The notes beneath the pieces are model-generated. The model ran no database searches and was not told the DNA's origin. It worked only from the letters and a program-made list of their open reading frames with translations. The translations under genes and the position numbers were made by a program. A stretch of DNA of 64,000 nucleotides from Bacteroidota bacterium (lineage in GTDB: Bacteria > Bacteroidota > Bacteroidia > AKYH767-A > OLB10): the NCBI GenBank assembly GCA_947453935.1, contig CANGJU010000001.1:11112-75111 (forward strand). The letters run 5' to 3'. This document shows, one piece after another, positions 35,936-46,490 of this stretch (the stretch's first letter is position 1; the number at the start of each line of letters is the position of its first letter).

Positions 35936-36313
35936 ATGTTGGCTATGTATCTTAAACGCGGAATTTTTGTTTTGTTTTTCATGATGAGTTGTAAACTTAT
36001 GAGTGCTCAAAGTACGAATCAGTTTTATTCAATTGTTGTGGAGGTACCTTCTTTTTCAGAAGGAAAGACGATTCAAGTATGGAAAGATGCTTTAGTAACA
36101 TTAGACGGTGTTAAGCTTGAGAAATATTGTCCTGCACAAGGATGGTTAGTCCTTTCAGTTGATAATTCAATTATTCCTACATCAACAGATCCAGAAACTA
36201 TCTTACGTAATGCGAATTTGCAAGGGATAATAAAGTATGGTGCTACTGGGGCACAGGTTGAAGCGAATTGTCATGGAGAATTGAAATATCTTAACAAACG
36301 AATATATCATTAG
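35936..36313 (+). CDS. Hypothetical secreted protein
   Basis: 125 aa with signal peptide. Immediately upstream of the 1473-aa gene. Confidence 0.4.
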   Translation: MLAMYLKRGIFVLFFMMSCKLMSAQSTNQFYSIVVEVPSFSEGKTIQVWKDALVTLDGVKLEKYCPAQGWLVLSVDNSIIPTSTDPETILRNANLQGIIKYGATGAQVEANCHGELKYLNKRIYH

Positions 36314-36319
36314 AAGATT

Positions 36320-39300
36320 ATGAAATATTTTTTACGAACAATATTATTTATAATCTTAACAACTGCAAGTTTTTTTGCACATGCCCAATGTTCAGGGGGT
36401 GTTGCAAAAGGAAGTATAGTTCCAACCGCCAGTTGGCAATCATTAAATACCACGAACATTGATGGTAATGGATATTGGACTTTTGCAGCCACTGCTGGAT
36501 TTAAATATTATTTTTCATTTTGTACAGCGGACGGAGGCTCTTCAACTTATGATACTCAAATAACTATTCTTGATAATTTGGGTGCTGCTGTTGCAGGCGG
36601 ATATAATGATGATTTTTGTGGCACACAGTCGTATGTGGCATGGACATGCGTAACCGCTGGGACCTATCGTGTATTAGTAACAAAATTTAGTTGCGCAGGG
36701 CAAGTAGGTCTAGGAACCTTTGTATATAAATCTGGCGCACCATTATCTTGTCCTAATAATATGGGCGGTGGTGTAGTAACGGTACCGTCTTTACCCTATA
36801 GTGCGGGTGCAGGTACTACTTGCGGAGCAGGAAATGATTTAACAAGTTCAAATATTATTTCGTGTGGGACGGGTTATTATTTTGATGGCGAAGATCGTGT
36901 TTGGATTTTTACTCCTACAGCTACGGGTACCGTAACAATAAATTTAACTTCATCAGGGACATACACCTGCCTTGCGCTATATGACGGTTGTCCTTTACTC
37001 GGACAAGGTGGTGTTTGCTTACAGGTTACGCAATCGTCGTCAGGTAATAAAACAATTACAGCATGCCTATCTGCTAATAAAGCGTATTATTTGATTTTAG
37101 ATTCATGGCCTAGCCCTACCTGCAACGCCTATACGAACTTGACTATTTCAGCGCCAGTAACTGGAAATGGTTGCTCTTTGGGAACAGGTGTGAATGCAAT
37201 TACTTTACCTTATACAAGTGCTGGTCGTACAACATGTGGTAAAGTAGATGATATTACTTCTTCTAATACTATTGCATGTGGAAGTTCATTGTATTATACT
37301 GGCGAAGATGAGGTGTTTACTTTTACGCCTGCTTTGAGTGGAAATATTTCAATTGCGCTTACTTCTTCGGGTTCTTATACTGGAATTACTTTGTATGATG
37401 GTTGTCCGTTAACATCGAGTTGCTCAGGAACAGGTGGTGCATGTGTTGCTTTCGAACAAAGTTCAACAGGAAGCAAATCGTTGTGCGCAAATGTAACAGC
37501 TGGAAAAACATATTACTTAATTATCGATTCTTGGGCCTCGCCTGCTTGTAATCCTTATTCAATATCTATCACAGCACCAACAGGTATTTTACCAGGAGCA
37601 ACTTGTGCTTCTTCTGTTGCTGTGACGGCTTTACCATTTACAAGAACTGGTGAGTCTACAGCATGTTTAGGAAATGAATATACAAATGCATCAACTGGAT
37701 CGTGCGGAACATTTTATGAATCAGGAGAAGATAAAGTTTATTCCTATGTTGCTACTGGTCCTGAATGTTTAAGTATTACACTTTCAGGTGCAAGTACTAA
37801 TTCTATCGGATTTCAAGTTTACCAAGGTTGTCCCGGAGTTGTAGGAACTACTTGTATAGGCAACGCTGGTGGTGCTAACTCGGGTACTTTAACCGGGAGT
37901 ATTACTTTACCAAGTGCTGGAACATATTATATTGTTGTTGATACATGGGCGAGTCCTACGAACGCACAATATAATATTTCTATTTCCTCATTCGGACAAG
38001 GAGCGAGTAACGATTTACCTTGTAATGCTACTCCGTTGGTATTAGGAATTCCTCTCAACGGAGCCAATAATTGTTCAAGTGGAGCATCGGAGCCTTCAGC
38101 ACCTGCATGCTGGCTTACACCAAATAATTTAAATACTGTATGGTATTCAGCGGTGGCACCTGCAAGCGGACAAATGCGCGTGCGCGTTATTCCTAATTCA
38201 TTAACTAATCCACAGGTAGCAATTTATTCTGGTGTTTGCGGTACGGCAATGACGTTAGTAGGGTGTAATGATGATGGTACTCCTTGCGGAACTACTACTA
38301 ACTATAGTTCAGATGTAACGATGGCAGGTTTAACTGCTGGTGCAACGTATTACATCGTTGTTGATGGTTATAGCGCTGACGTAGGTACGTATTCGGTAAT
38401 GGCTGTTGATGCATCGATTCCTTTAACTCCGTTGAATAACGGTCAGGATTGTGGTACCTATTTGCCAGTATGTGATACTACAATGAGTTTTGGTGATCCA
38501 GGCTTTCAAAGTTTTGGAAATATTTGCGATTTCCCTGGTGGTGGAACAAACTGTTTATTATCTGGAGAAAGAAGTACTGTTTGGTTTGAAATTCCAATTT
38601 TAGCGAATGGAAGTATTGAATTTTCTATCGTGCCGAAAGATTGGGCTGGTGCTCCAAGCACTGTTTGTACCGATTATGATTTTGCAGTTTGGAAAACAGC
38701 AGGAACAGGATCAGTAACATGTGCTCAAATTGCAACCGGTGCAACACCTGTTAGTTGTAATTATAATTTTTTAGGTGTAACTGGATGTTTCAGTGCAGCT
38801 GCTGGTGTTTCTCCAAATGCATATCCAGGTTTTGGTGGTTCGTTTAATGCAGGTATTCCTGTTGTAGCAGGTGAAAAATATGTATTAGTAGTAAGTAATT
38901 TTACTAATAGCACAAGCGGATTTGATATTATTTTTAGTAATGTTTCTCCTGTTAATTATGCAGCGACAGGAACACGGTCTAACTGGTCTGGTGGTATAGA
39001 TACCGATTGGTTTAAGTCGGACAACTGGGGTGGTTGTCCTGTACCTAATTGTACCAAGGATGCCATTATCCCTGGTGGTATTGTTAATCAGCCAACAATT
39101 TCTCCTCTTCTTGCAAGTTGTAAATCAATTGTAATAAATCCAGGAGCAACATTAACAATGAGCGCTGGTTCAACGCTTGCAGTTTGTGAAAACTTCACTA
39201 ACTATGGTTCTTTATCTGCATCAACAACATCAACATTATTATTGTCTAATGCTGCAGTGAATCAGAACTTAGATGGAAACTTATTAGCACCAAATGCTTT

Positions 39301-40741
39301 TGGTAATTTAACAATTACTAAAACCGGAGGCACTGTTTCGATATTGCAAAATGCAGAAGCACGAGGTAATTTTTCAGTTACTAATAATACTTCTGTATTC
39401 ACAATGAATACAAAGAATTTAAAAGTAGGAGGTAACTTTAATAATGTTGGAAATTTTATTCCATCAACTGGTGTTTTAGAATTTAATGGAACAGCTGCTC
39501 AAACATATTCGAATACTGGGTTGAATGGAGCAGAGGTTGGTAATGTGAAAATGAATCATACTTCAACGGGAGTAACATTGCTAAATAATATGGTTTTAAA
39601 TACGAGTGGAAATTTAGATTTGACACTCGGAAAAATTATTACCAATGCAAATGAAGTGAGTGATAAAAACAGGGCTTCAACTTCCGTAAGTGCGGGAAAT
39701 ACCTCCAGCTTTGTACAAGGTAAATTACGTCGTTATTTAAATACGTTAGGCGCGTATGATTTTCCTGTTGGAGAAGCAACGAAAGGGTATCAACGTGCGA
39801 ATCTAAATTTTAATAATAGTGCTTTTCCAACAGCAATCGATAATATCCTCGCTAACTTTGCAATTCATCCGGTGTTGCCTGTTGCATTGGGTGTTACGGA
39901 GTGTGGTACTACGTATAGTAGTCCTTCGTTAGATAATGGTTATTGGAACTTTGTTGCGAATGCGAATCCAACTTCAGGCAAGTTCGACTTAACACTTTAC
40001 AATTTGAATTACACCAATGCTGCTGGCCGTTGGACAATTCAGGCAAATAGCGGGGCTGCGTGGGTGTTAGCACCTGGAACCTGCGTTGTTTCACCTGTTA
40101 CTGCAGTACAGCGTCTGGCTGTTTCAGGCATCACTCCGTTTAGTACGGCGCAAGGACCATCGCCTCTAGCAATTCAGTTAATGAGTTTTAATGCGAATGC
40201 ATTGACTTCAGATATCGAATTAAAATGGATGACGAATTATACACAGGGTAATCTTCAGGGTTTTGAATTATATCGCTCCACAGACGCAAATAGCTTTGAA
40301 CAAATTGCATGGATCGATCAATCGCAAGGACTTAATTTTAATGCAGGTGTTCGTTACAATTTTATCGATCAATCAATTGATTTGAACAAACGTTATTACT
40401 ATCAGCTGGCCTATGTTGATGATATGGGTCAGAAGCAATATTCAGCGATTCAATCGGCTATTATTAATAGCATTAATAGCGAATTTAAATTAGCTGTATT
40501 CCCTAATCCAGTGAAAGATGTTATGGATGTTGTTTTCGAATTAGAAAATGATTCAAAAGTAACAGTTGAAATTTTTGATCAGTTGGGTAAAGCAATTATG
40601 ATTGATAATTCGTTGTTCTATAAACAGGGATTAAATAAAATTCATCTCGATAAAAGTCAGTTGAATTTAAGCTCAGGAATTTACTCTGTTCGCTTGTTAT
40701 CCGAAGGGAAATCGGAGCTTGTAAAAGTGATGGTTGAGTAA
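36320..40741 (+). CDS. Giant secreted T9SS cargo protein with five tandem ~95-aa Cys-containing repeat domains
   Basis: Signal peptide MKYFLRTILFIILTTASFFAHAQ. Repeats ending YYLI(I/L)DSWASP(A/T)CN. C-terminal Por tail (...YSVRLLSEGKSELVKVMVE). Confidence 0.7.
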   Translation: MKYFLRTILFIILTTASFFAHAQCSGGVAKGSIVPTASWQSLNTTNIDGNGYWTFAATAGFKYYFSFCTADGGSSTYDTQITILDNLGAAVAGGYNDDFCGTQSYVAWTCVTAGTYRVLVTKFSCAGQVGLGTFVYKSGAPLSCPNNMGGGVVTVPSLPYSAGAGTTCGAGNDLTSSNIISCGTGYYFDGEDRVWIFTPTATGTVTINLTSSGTYTCLALYDGCPLLGQGGVCLQVTQSSSGNKTITACLSANKAYYLILDSWPSPTCNAYTNLTISAPVTGNGCSLGTGVNAITLPYTSAGRTTCGKVDDITSSNTIACGSSLYYTGEDEVFTFTPALSGNISIALTSSGSYTGITLYDGCPLTSSCSGTGGACVAFEQSSTGSKSLCANVTAGKTYYLIIDSWASPACNPYSISITAPTGILPGATCASSVAVTALPFTRTGESTACLGNEYTNASTGSCGTFYESGEDKVYSYVATGPECLSITLSGASTNSIGFQVYQGCPGVVGTTCIGNAGGANSGTLTGSITLPSAGTYYIVVDTWASPTNAQYNISISSFGQGASNDLPCNATPLVLGIPLNGANNCSSGASEPSAPACWLTPNNLNTVWYSAVAPASGQMRVRVIPNSLTNPQVAIYSGVCGTAMTLVGCNDDGTPCGTTTNYSSDVTMAGLTAGATYYIVVDGYSADVGTYSVMAVDASIPLTPLNNGQDCGTYLPVCDTTMSFGDPGFQSFGNICDFPGGGTNCLLSGERSTVWFEIPILANGSIEFSIVPKDWAGAPSTVCTDYDFAVWKTAGTGSVTCAQIATGATPVSCNYNFLGVTGCFSAAAGVSPNAYPGFGGSFNAGIPVVAGEKYVLVVSNFTNSTSGFDIIFSNVSPVNYAATGTRSNWSGGIDTDWFKSDNWGGCPVPNCTKDAIIPGGIVNQPTISPLLASCKSIVINPGATLTMSAGSTLAVCENFTNYGSLSASTTSTLLLSNAAVNQNLDGNLLAPNAFGNLTITKTGGTVSILQNAEARGNFSVTNNTSVFTMNTKNLKVGGNFNNVGNFIPSTGVLEFNGTAAQTYSNTGLNGAEVGNVKMNHTSTGVTLLNNMVLNTSGNLDLTLGKIITNANEVSDKNRASTSVSAGNTSSFVQGKLRRYLNTLGAYDFPVGEATKGYQRANLNFNNSAFPTAIDNILANFAIHPVLPVALGVTECGTTYSSPSLDNGYWNFVANANPTSGKFDLTLYNLNYTNAAGRWTIQANSGAAWVLAPGTCVVSPVTAVQRLAVSGITPFSTAQGPSPLAIQLMSFNANALTSDIELKWMTNYTQGNLQGFELYRSTDANSFEQIAWIDQSQGLNFNAGVRYNFIDQSIDLNKRYYYQLAYVDDMGQKQYSAIQSAIINSINSEFKLAVFPNPVKDVMDVVFELENDSKVTVEIFDQLGKAIMIDNSLFYKQGLNKIHLDKSQLNLSSGIYSVRLLSEGKSELVKVMVE

Positions 40742-41974
40742 TCAGTAAATCGTTTTAATAAACGTACTAATCAGCGTAAATACTTCTTTAAACTTTGTTA
40801 ACGGCAAACCAGGTCCATCATCGTAAATATCATGATAGGCTGTTCTTCCACCTGTTGTGTATAAGAAAAATGATGGGACTCCTTTTTCGGTAAAGTAGTA
40901 ATGATCGCTATTTTGAGCTTTACCACGTTTACCAACTGTCGTTAGTAATTTTAAATCTGAATTTATTTTTTCCATCATTAAAAATTCTTTTTCAAAAAAA
41001 CTTCCGTTAACGACCATAATTCCATCATCACCAGTGCCCATCAAATCAAGGTTCAGCAAGAACTTTATTTTTTTCAAATCTTTTGTTGGATGATTAGTAT
41101 AATATTCTGAACCTAGTAATCCCGCTTCTTCGCCTGCGAATGCAATAAACACAAGTGTATATGTGGGCTTGTTTTCTTTTATGGCAAAATACTGCATTAG
41201 GTTTAACAGCATTGATGTCCCCGATGCATTATCATTTCCTCCGGGGAAATAAGTTTTCTTTCCCATCTGTCCAAGGTGATCATAATGCGCAGTAATAAAA
41301 ATGCATGTATCAGCAATCTTACCCTCAATTTGTCCAATTACATTTTTTGCCGTGTAATTTATCAGTTGAGCATCTACCTGTAATTTTATTTTTGATGGCT
41401 TGGCAGGCAATGCCTTTCTTAAAATATAAACAACAGGGAATTTCTGAACGCTATTAACCGACCACGTAAGTTTCTTTTCTTCTATTTGAATATAGCCCGC
41501 TGTTTTATTAGCAAGTTGAAATCGTTTGATAAATTCCTTGTCGATTTCTCCATTACTTCCTGTTGTATCAAATAAAACAAATTGATTGTTTAGGTCTGTC
41601 GGAATTTTGTTGTAATTGGACTTATTAATTGAATAGATTTTAAATTCACCTTTAATTGTAGGACAAGCAGTACCAATAATGTAGTCTTGGCCAGGCACTA
41701 AATTTCTCCCATTCACAACTACGTTCATTTTACCTGGAAATGTATTCACAGGGAAGGAAAATGATTGGTTGTAAGGTTTGTCAGTGGAATATTTTAAAAA
41801 TTCATCAAACAAAAAAGAGGCAGCTCTATTGCTGCCATCTTCTACATATCCTCTGCCGTTATATTTCTTAGAAGTTAACTCGTTAACACAGTTTCTTGCG
41901 TACTCAATATTCTGTGTTTTAGCAACGAAAAACGAAAAAATAAAAACGATGAAAAAACTAAATCCTTTTCTCAT
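40742..41974 (-). CDS. M28 family zinc aminopeptidase
   Basis: HYDHLG, GGNDNASG, FAGEEAGLLGS and LDLMG zinc-ligand motifs. Signal peptide present. Confidence 0.8.
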   Translation of the reverse strand: MRKGFSFFIVFIFSFFVAKTQNIEYARNCVNELTSKKYNGRGYVEDGSNRAASFLFDEFLKYSTDKPYNQSFSFPVNTFPGKMNVVVNGRNLVPGQDYIIGTACPTIKGEFKIYSINKSNYNKIPTDLNNQFVLFDTTGSNGEIDKEFIKRFQLANKTAGYIQIEEKKLTWSVNSVQKFPVVYILRKALPAKPSKIKLQVDAQLINYTAKNVIGQIEGKIADTCIFITAHYDHLGQMGKKTYFPGGNDNASGTSMLLNLMQYFAIKENKPTYTLVFIAFAGEEAGLLGSEYYTNHPTKDLKKIKFLLNLDLMGTGDDGIMVVNGSFFEKEFLMMEKINSDLKLLTTVGKRGKAQNSDHYYFTEKGVPSFFLYTTGGRTAYHDIYDDGPGLPLTKFKEVFTLISTFIKTIY

Positions 41975-42966
41975 TAACCATTAAAACGACGTTTCACTAA
42001 TTCATCTAAAACGTGAAAAGTGTTTCCTTCTGTATTCCATTTTAATTTTCCAGCTAATTCTTCATAAAGCATTTTACGTGCGTCATCGTACGCATTCACA
42101 TTGTTAATTTTATCAATGCTTTCCATGAATAACTGCTGATTACCACCAAACAGTTCATTGATCAATGTGAATCGTTCGTTAATGCCAATCGATTTTCTTA
42201 AATCGCCAACTGGCTTCGCTGATAAACGATCTGCAACTGTTGGATTGCTTTGCTGGCGAAGACGATCGTAGATAGTCTCCTGACCTTTAAAACGATTACC
42301 AGTTGTTGTATCTGGCTCAGGATAAACAGTTCTTGATACTTGCAAAGCTGGCTTTGATGCGGGTTTCTCAGCAACAACATTGATTGCTTGTTTAGCTGTC
42401 TCTTCCTGTTTAACCTCGGCAGTTTTTTCCGTTGGTTTAGCTTTTAATATACGAGATAAAAATCCTTCACTTGTTGTGCTTGGGGTCTCTGCAACAATTG
42501 TAGTTGCTTCTTCTGCAAAAGACTCTTCGTTGATAATGGATGTTAATTCCATTTCAGGGGTTTCATTAATTATTGCTTCCATTACAGGCTCTTCCAATAC
42601 TGGTGTTTCCATCACCGGAGTTTCAATCTCTGGCGCTACCATTACAGGGGCTTCAAGTTCTACAGTAGTTGTTGCTTCGTTGAATAGCAACTCAGTTGGC
42701 TTTGATTCCATTTGAGGTTCTTCAACCGGACTAGTTACAATGATTGTTTTTTCTTCCACCACCTGAGTTGGAATTGATACAAGTTCATTGGTAGTTTGCC
42801 AATCGTTGATTTGTTGGTATAAGGTGCGAACACTTTCTTTTAAAAGGTCAATTTCAATTAATGGAATAGCCCCTTTGTTCTGACTTGCCATTATGAATTG
42901 TTCTGTAATTATTTCTAGTTGGTCGCTGATAGCTAACGTAATTTGTTCTCTTTGATACTTTGTCAT
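41974..42966 (-). CDS. Hypothetical protein with Glu/Pro/Thr/Val-rich low-complexity linker
   Basis: 330 aa. Central ETPVMETPVLEEPVMEA repeats. Conserved-looking N- and C-terminal globular parts. Confidence 0.45.
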   Translation of the reverse strand: MTKYQREQITLAISDQLEIITEQFIMASQNKGAIPLIEIDLLKESVRTLYQQINDWQTTNELVSIPTQVVEEKTIIVTSPVEEPQMESKPTELLFNEATTTVELEAPVMVAPEIETPVMETPVLEEPVMEAIINETPEMELTSIINEESFAEEATTIVAETPSTTSEGFLSRILKAKPTEKTAEVKQEETAKQAINVVAEKPASKPALQVSRTVYPEPDTTTGNRFKGQETIYDRLRQQSNPTVADRLSAKPVGDLRKSIGINERFTLINELFGGNQQLFMESIDKINNVNAYDDARKMLYEELAGKLKWNTEGNTFHVLDELVKRRFNG

Positions 42967-43221
42967 TTGACTTGCAGTAATTTAATTTTTCTCAAATATC
43001 TCCGAAAATTCTTAAGTTTTTTCAAGAGCAATCAATAGTATTTCAACAATCGAAAGTTAATTAGTATGGATTGTTTTTCCATTCAAAAAAACCTGCTTTT
43101 GTTCATTTTCCCTAAGTCCAACTTTTCTTTGTCAGTTCATTGTCAGAATCGGTTCAATTTGACATTTCTCAGTTTTTCCTATTGGATGCAATCCGTTTGA
43201 GGAAGGTATTTTCGCACCACA

Positions 43222-45432
43222 ATGAAAAAACGCATATTGGCTTTACAAATTGTACTGTGCTCCCTTTTCACTTATTCGCAAGGGCAGCAGGTACATGTTC
43301 AGATCTCCAGTGGGGATAATCTGGAGGGTGCCGTTGTGGTTTTTCAATCTTTATCAGATGGTAAGCAGGAGGCAAGGTTTACCAATAATCAAGGTTTCGC
43401 CACAATTCCGAAGTTTAGTTTGCCTATTTACTACAAAGTTACTTACCTGGGTTTTGAATCGTTTGCAGATACTATTCATAGTTATACTTCCAAGAAAAAA
43501 GTTTCGCTTGTGGCTTCGCCCATGAATTTTGATCAGGTAACGATAACAGGTAATTATACTCCTGGATTTAAATCCAATTCAATTTATAATATCGATGTAA
43601 TCTCAAATAAAGAGATTGAACAACGTGCAGTTTATAATGTGCGTGATTTGATGACCCAGCAGTTGAATGTGCAGCTTTCCAATGATGGTGTGCTCGGAAG
43701 CAGCATTTCTTTGCAAGGTGTGGGTGGACAACATGTGAAGTTTTTAATTGATGGTGTTCCTGTTATTGGTCGCCAGAATGGGAATGTCGATATCAGTCAG
43801 TTGAACTTAGCCAACATCGATCACATAGAAATGGTGAAAGGACCAATGTCGGTTTTATATGGTAGCGATGCTTTAGGTGGTGTGATTAATCTTATTACCA
43901 AATCAAATAAAGAAGAACGATGGAATGGCAATGCAACAGGTTATTATGAATCAGTTGGAAATTACAATACGGATATAAGTCTTGGAAAAGGATTCAAAAA
44001 TTCAAGTTTGTATTTTAATGCTGGTCGTAACTTTTTTGATGGATGGAGTCCGAATGATTCGTTGAGAAGTCAGCAGTGGAATCCAAAAGAACAATACTTC
44101 GCAAATTTAAAGTACAACAAAACTGTAAATGGCTATAAGATGACATTGCAGTATAACTTCAGCAACGAAACTGTTTTTAATAAAGGCGATATTACAATTA
44201 CACCGTATCAAGCTTATGCGTTTGACCAGGATTTTCAAACATCACGTAACCAGATTTTATTTACAACGGATAAAAAACTGAATGATAAATCTTCCTGGCA
44301 GTTTACCGCAGCATATAACCACTACCGTTATATTAAGAATGCTTATCGTAAAAATCTGGTCGATTTGTCATCACTGTTAACAGAAGATCCTTCTGATGAT
44401 GATACAACTATTTTTCAATCGTATTTTACCCGCACTGTTTATAATCATTCATTATCGAAAAAGGTTTCTTTGTTATCAGGTTTAGAGCTGAATCAAGAAA
44501 CAGCGCAAGGAAAAAAAATTGATAATGCTATACACCAGATAACAGACGCTGCTTTGTTTGCTTGTGTTGATTATAATCCAACTAAAAAATTAACAATTCG
44601 TTCTTCGCTGCGTGGAATCTATAATTCACAATATAAAGCCCCATTGGTTCCATCGTTAAACGCGTTGTATAAAATTTCTGATGTGTATGCGTTGCGTTTT
44701 AGCTGGAGTAAAGGCTTTAGAGCACCATCTATCAAAGAGCAATATTTGTATTTTGTAGATGCATCGCATAACGTACGTGGTAATCCTAATTTGAAAGCGG
44801 AGAATTCAGATAACTTTAATTTTTCTTTTAATGTAAAATATGTGAAGTCAAAATCAGTAATAGAAATTGAACCTGCATTATTTTATAATCATATACGCAA
44901 TCAGATTTCATTGGCTCAGGCGGATAAGTACACGAGCTTATTCACTTATATTAATCTCGATGAATTTACAGCGATGGGTGGAGAGGTTCAGTTGCGTTAT
45001 CTCGTAAATAGTTTTGAAATTAAATCCGGAATTTCTTATACGGGTACAAGTGCAACCTACAATGGAAATATCAAACAAGAAGATCAGGCCTGGTATTTTG
45101 AAACCACTTCATCGGCATCTTACACGATTGAAAAATGGGAAACGTCAATCGCATTATTTTGTAAGTACACCGGAGTAAAGCCTGTTTATTTACTTGAAAG
45201 TGATAATACAATTTCACTTCAGCAAAATGCAGCTTATACGTTAATGGATTTTACAGCATCCAAATTTTTCTTCAAAAAGAAATTAAATATTTCAGCAGGA
45301 TTGAAAAACATATTAGATGTTCAGAATGTTAATGCTGCAATGAATAATGGCGTGCATGCTGGAAATAATAACGGAACAATGATGGTTGGTACTGGGCGCT
45401 CGTCTTTCGTAAAACTTAATTACAAATTCTAA
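43222..45432 (+). CDS. TonB-dependent outer-membrane receptor
   Basis: Signal peptide, carboxypeptidase-regulatory-like N-domain, plug domain, C-terminal beta-barrel ending in KF. Confidence 0.8.
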   Translation: MKKRILALQIVLCSLFTYSQGQQVHVQISSGDNLEGAVVVFQSLSDGKQEARFTNNQGFATIPKFSLPIYYKVTYLGFESFADTIHSYTSKKKVSLVASPMNFDQVTITGNYTPGFKSNSIYNIDVISNKEIEQRAVYNVRDLMTQQLNVQLSNDGVLGSSISLQGVGGQHVKFLIDGVPVIGRQNGNVDISQLNLANIDHIEMVKGPMSVLYGSDALGGVINLITKSNKEERWNGNATGYYESVGNYNTDISLGKGFKNSSLYFNAGRNFFDGWSPNDSLRSQQWNPKEQYFANLKYNKTVNGYKMTLQYNFSNETVFNKGDITITPYQAYAFDQDFQTSRNQILFTTDKKLNDKSSWQFTAAYNHYRYIKNAYRKNLVDLSSLLTEDPSDDDTTIFQSYFTRTVYNHSLSKKVSLLSGLELNQETAQGKKIDNAIHQITDAALFACVDYNPTKKLTIRSSLRGIYNSQYKAPLVPSLNALYKISDVYALRFSWSKGFRAPSIKEQYLYFVDASHNVRGNPNLKAENSDNFNFSFNVKYVKSKSVIEIEPALFYNHIRNQISLAQADKYTSLFTYINLDEFTAMGGEVQLRYLVNSFEIKSGISYTGTSATYNGNIKQEDQAWYFETTSSASYTIEKWETSIALFCKYTGVKPVYLLESDNTISLQQNAAYTLMDFTASKFFFKKKLNISAGLKNILDVQNVNAAMNNGVHAGNNNGTMMVGTGRSSFVKLNYKF

Positions 45433-46457
45433 TGAGAAGTCTTGGGATATTGATTTTGTTTTTGGCTACGTTGACTTCTTGTATGAAGGAAGATGACGCG
45501 ATAACATTGCCTGCACCAGGACCTGTTAAACAAGGTACGGCTAACATGGGATTGAATTATGAAAATCAGGTTTACTTCGATTTAGAATCTGGTAATGCTG
45601 TTGTTCGTCCTTATAAAACGTACGACTTAGCTTTTGAAGCATCTAAAAATGGATGCCGTATTTATTTGAACAGTGCAAAATTTATGTTTGCTTGTAATAC
45701 GCAATCGTATAATGTGTCTGCCGCAGATACTGTAGGACATGCCTGGACGTTAGATTGCGAACAATTATTAGAAGATACATTAGCACTTACTAAATACTGG
45801 CAGGATGTTAATTTTTCTTCGCAAGGAAGTAAGGTGTTTGCAGTAGATCGTGGTAAGCTGGAACATACTGGTCCTGCCCGTTGGAGAAAGTTTAAAATAT
45901 TATCAGTAGATAGTTTAAAATACACTATCTGTTTTAGTAACTACGATAATTCATCGATGGATACCGTTGATATTATGAAAGACGAAAATTATTCGTTGAT
46001 GTACTTTTCGTTCGATACGCCGAATCAGTTAGTGCAACAAGCTCCACCAAAAGATCAATGGGATTTTGTTTTTACAAAGTACACCCATGTCTTTTTTGAA
46101 TATGATGTGTTATCTCCATTCAGATATTATTTTGTTACAGGAGTTGTACAAAATATCTGGAACAACACTGAGGTCTTGCGCTTTCAGAAAGATTCCATGC
46201 CTGCAAATGTTCCGTATTTGCCAATAGAGCAATTTAATTATTCGCAGGTGTCGAATTTTGCTTTTTCAAATTACGCTAATACGATTGGCTATAATTGGAA
46301 GTATTATAACTTCAGTGATGCACATTATCATATTTATCCCGACTTATATTTCGTTGTGAAATCAAATAACGGATTTTACTACACTGTAAAGATGGTCGAC
46401 TTTTATGACACTGCAGGTAACAAAGGCCTAGTCACATTTCAAACTCAAAGAATATAA
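45432..46457 (+). CDS. Lipoprotein, HmuY-like accessory protein candidate
   Basis: Lipobox LATLTSC. Start overlaps the receptor stop. Shares motifs (IGYNWKYYNF, YFVVK...VKMVDF) with the next gene. Confidence 0.5.
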   Translation: MRSLGILILFLATLTSCMKEDDAITLPAPGPVKQGTANMGLNYENQVYFDLESGNAVVRPYKTYDLAFEASKNGCRIYLNSAKFMFACNTQSYNVSAADTVGHAWTLDCEQLLEDTLALTKYWQDVNFSSQGSKVFAVDRGKLEHTGPARWRKFKILSVDSLKYTICFSNYDNSSMDTVDIMKDENYSLMYFSFDTPNQLVQQAPPKDQWDFVFTKYTHVFFEYDVLSPFRYYFVTGVVQNIWNNTEVLRFQKDSMPANVPYLPIEQFNYSQVSNFAFSNYANTIGYNWKYYNFSDAHYHIYPDLYFVVKSNNGFYYTVKMVDFYDTAGNKGLVTFQTQRI

Positions 46458-46490
46458 TCAAATCAAAAAAAATAAAAACAAATAAACCAT

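Noticed and set aside
42380-42715. 111-aa plus-strand ORF antisense to the EP-rich protein
   Set aside because: It is a Ser/Val/Gly-rich translation of the antisense of a low-complexity linker. The minus-strand 330-aa ORF is the better call.
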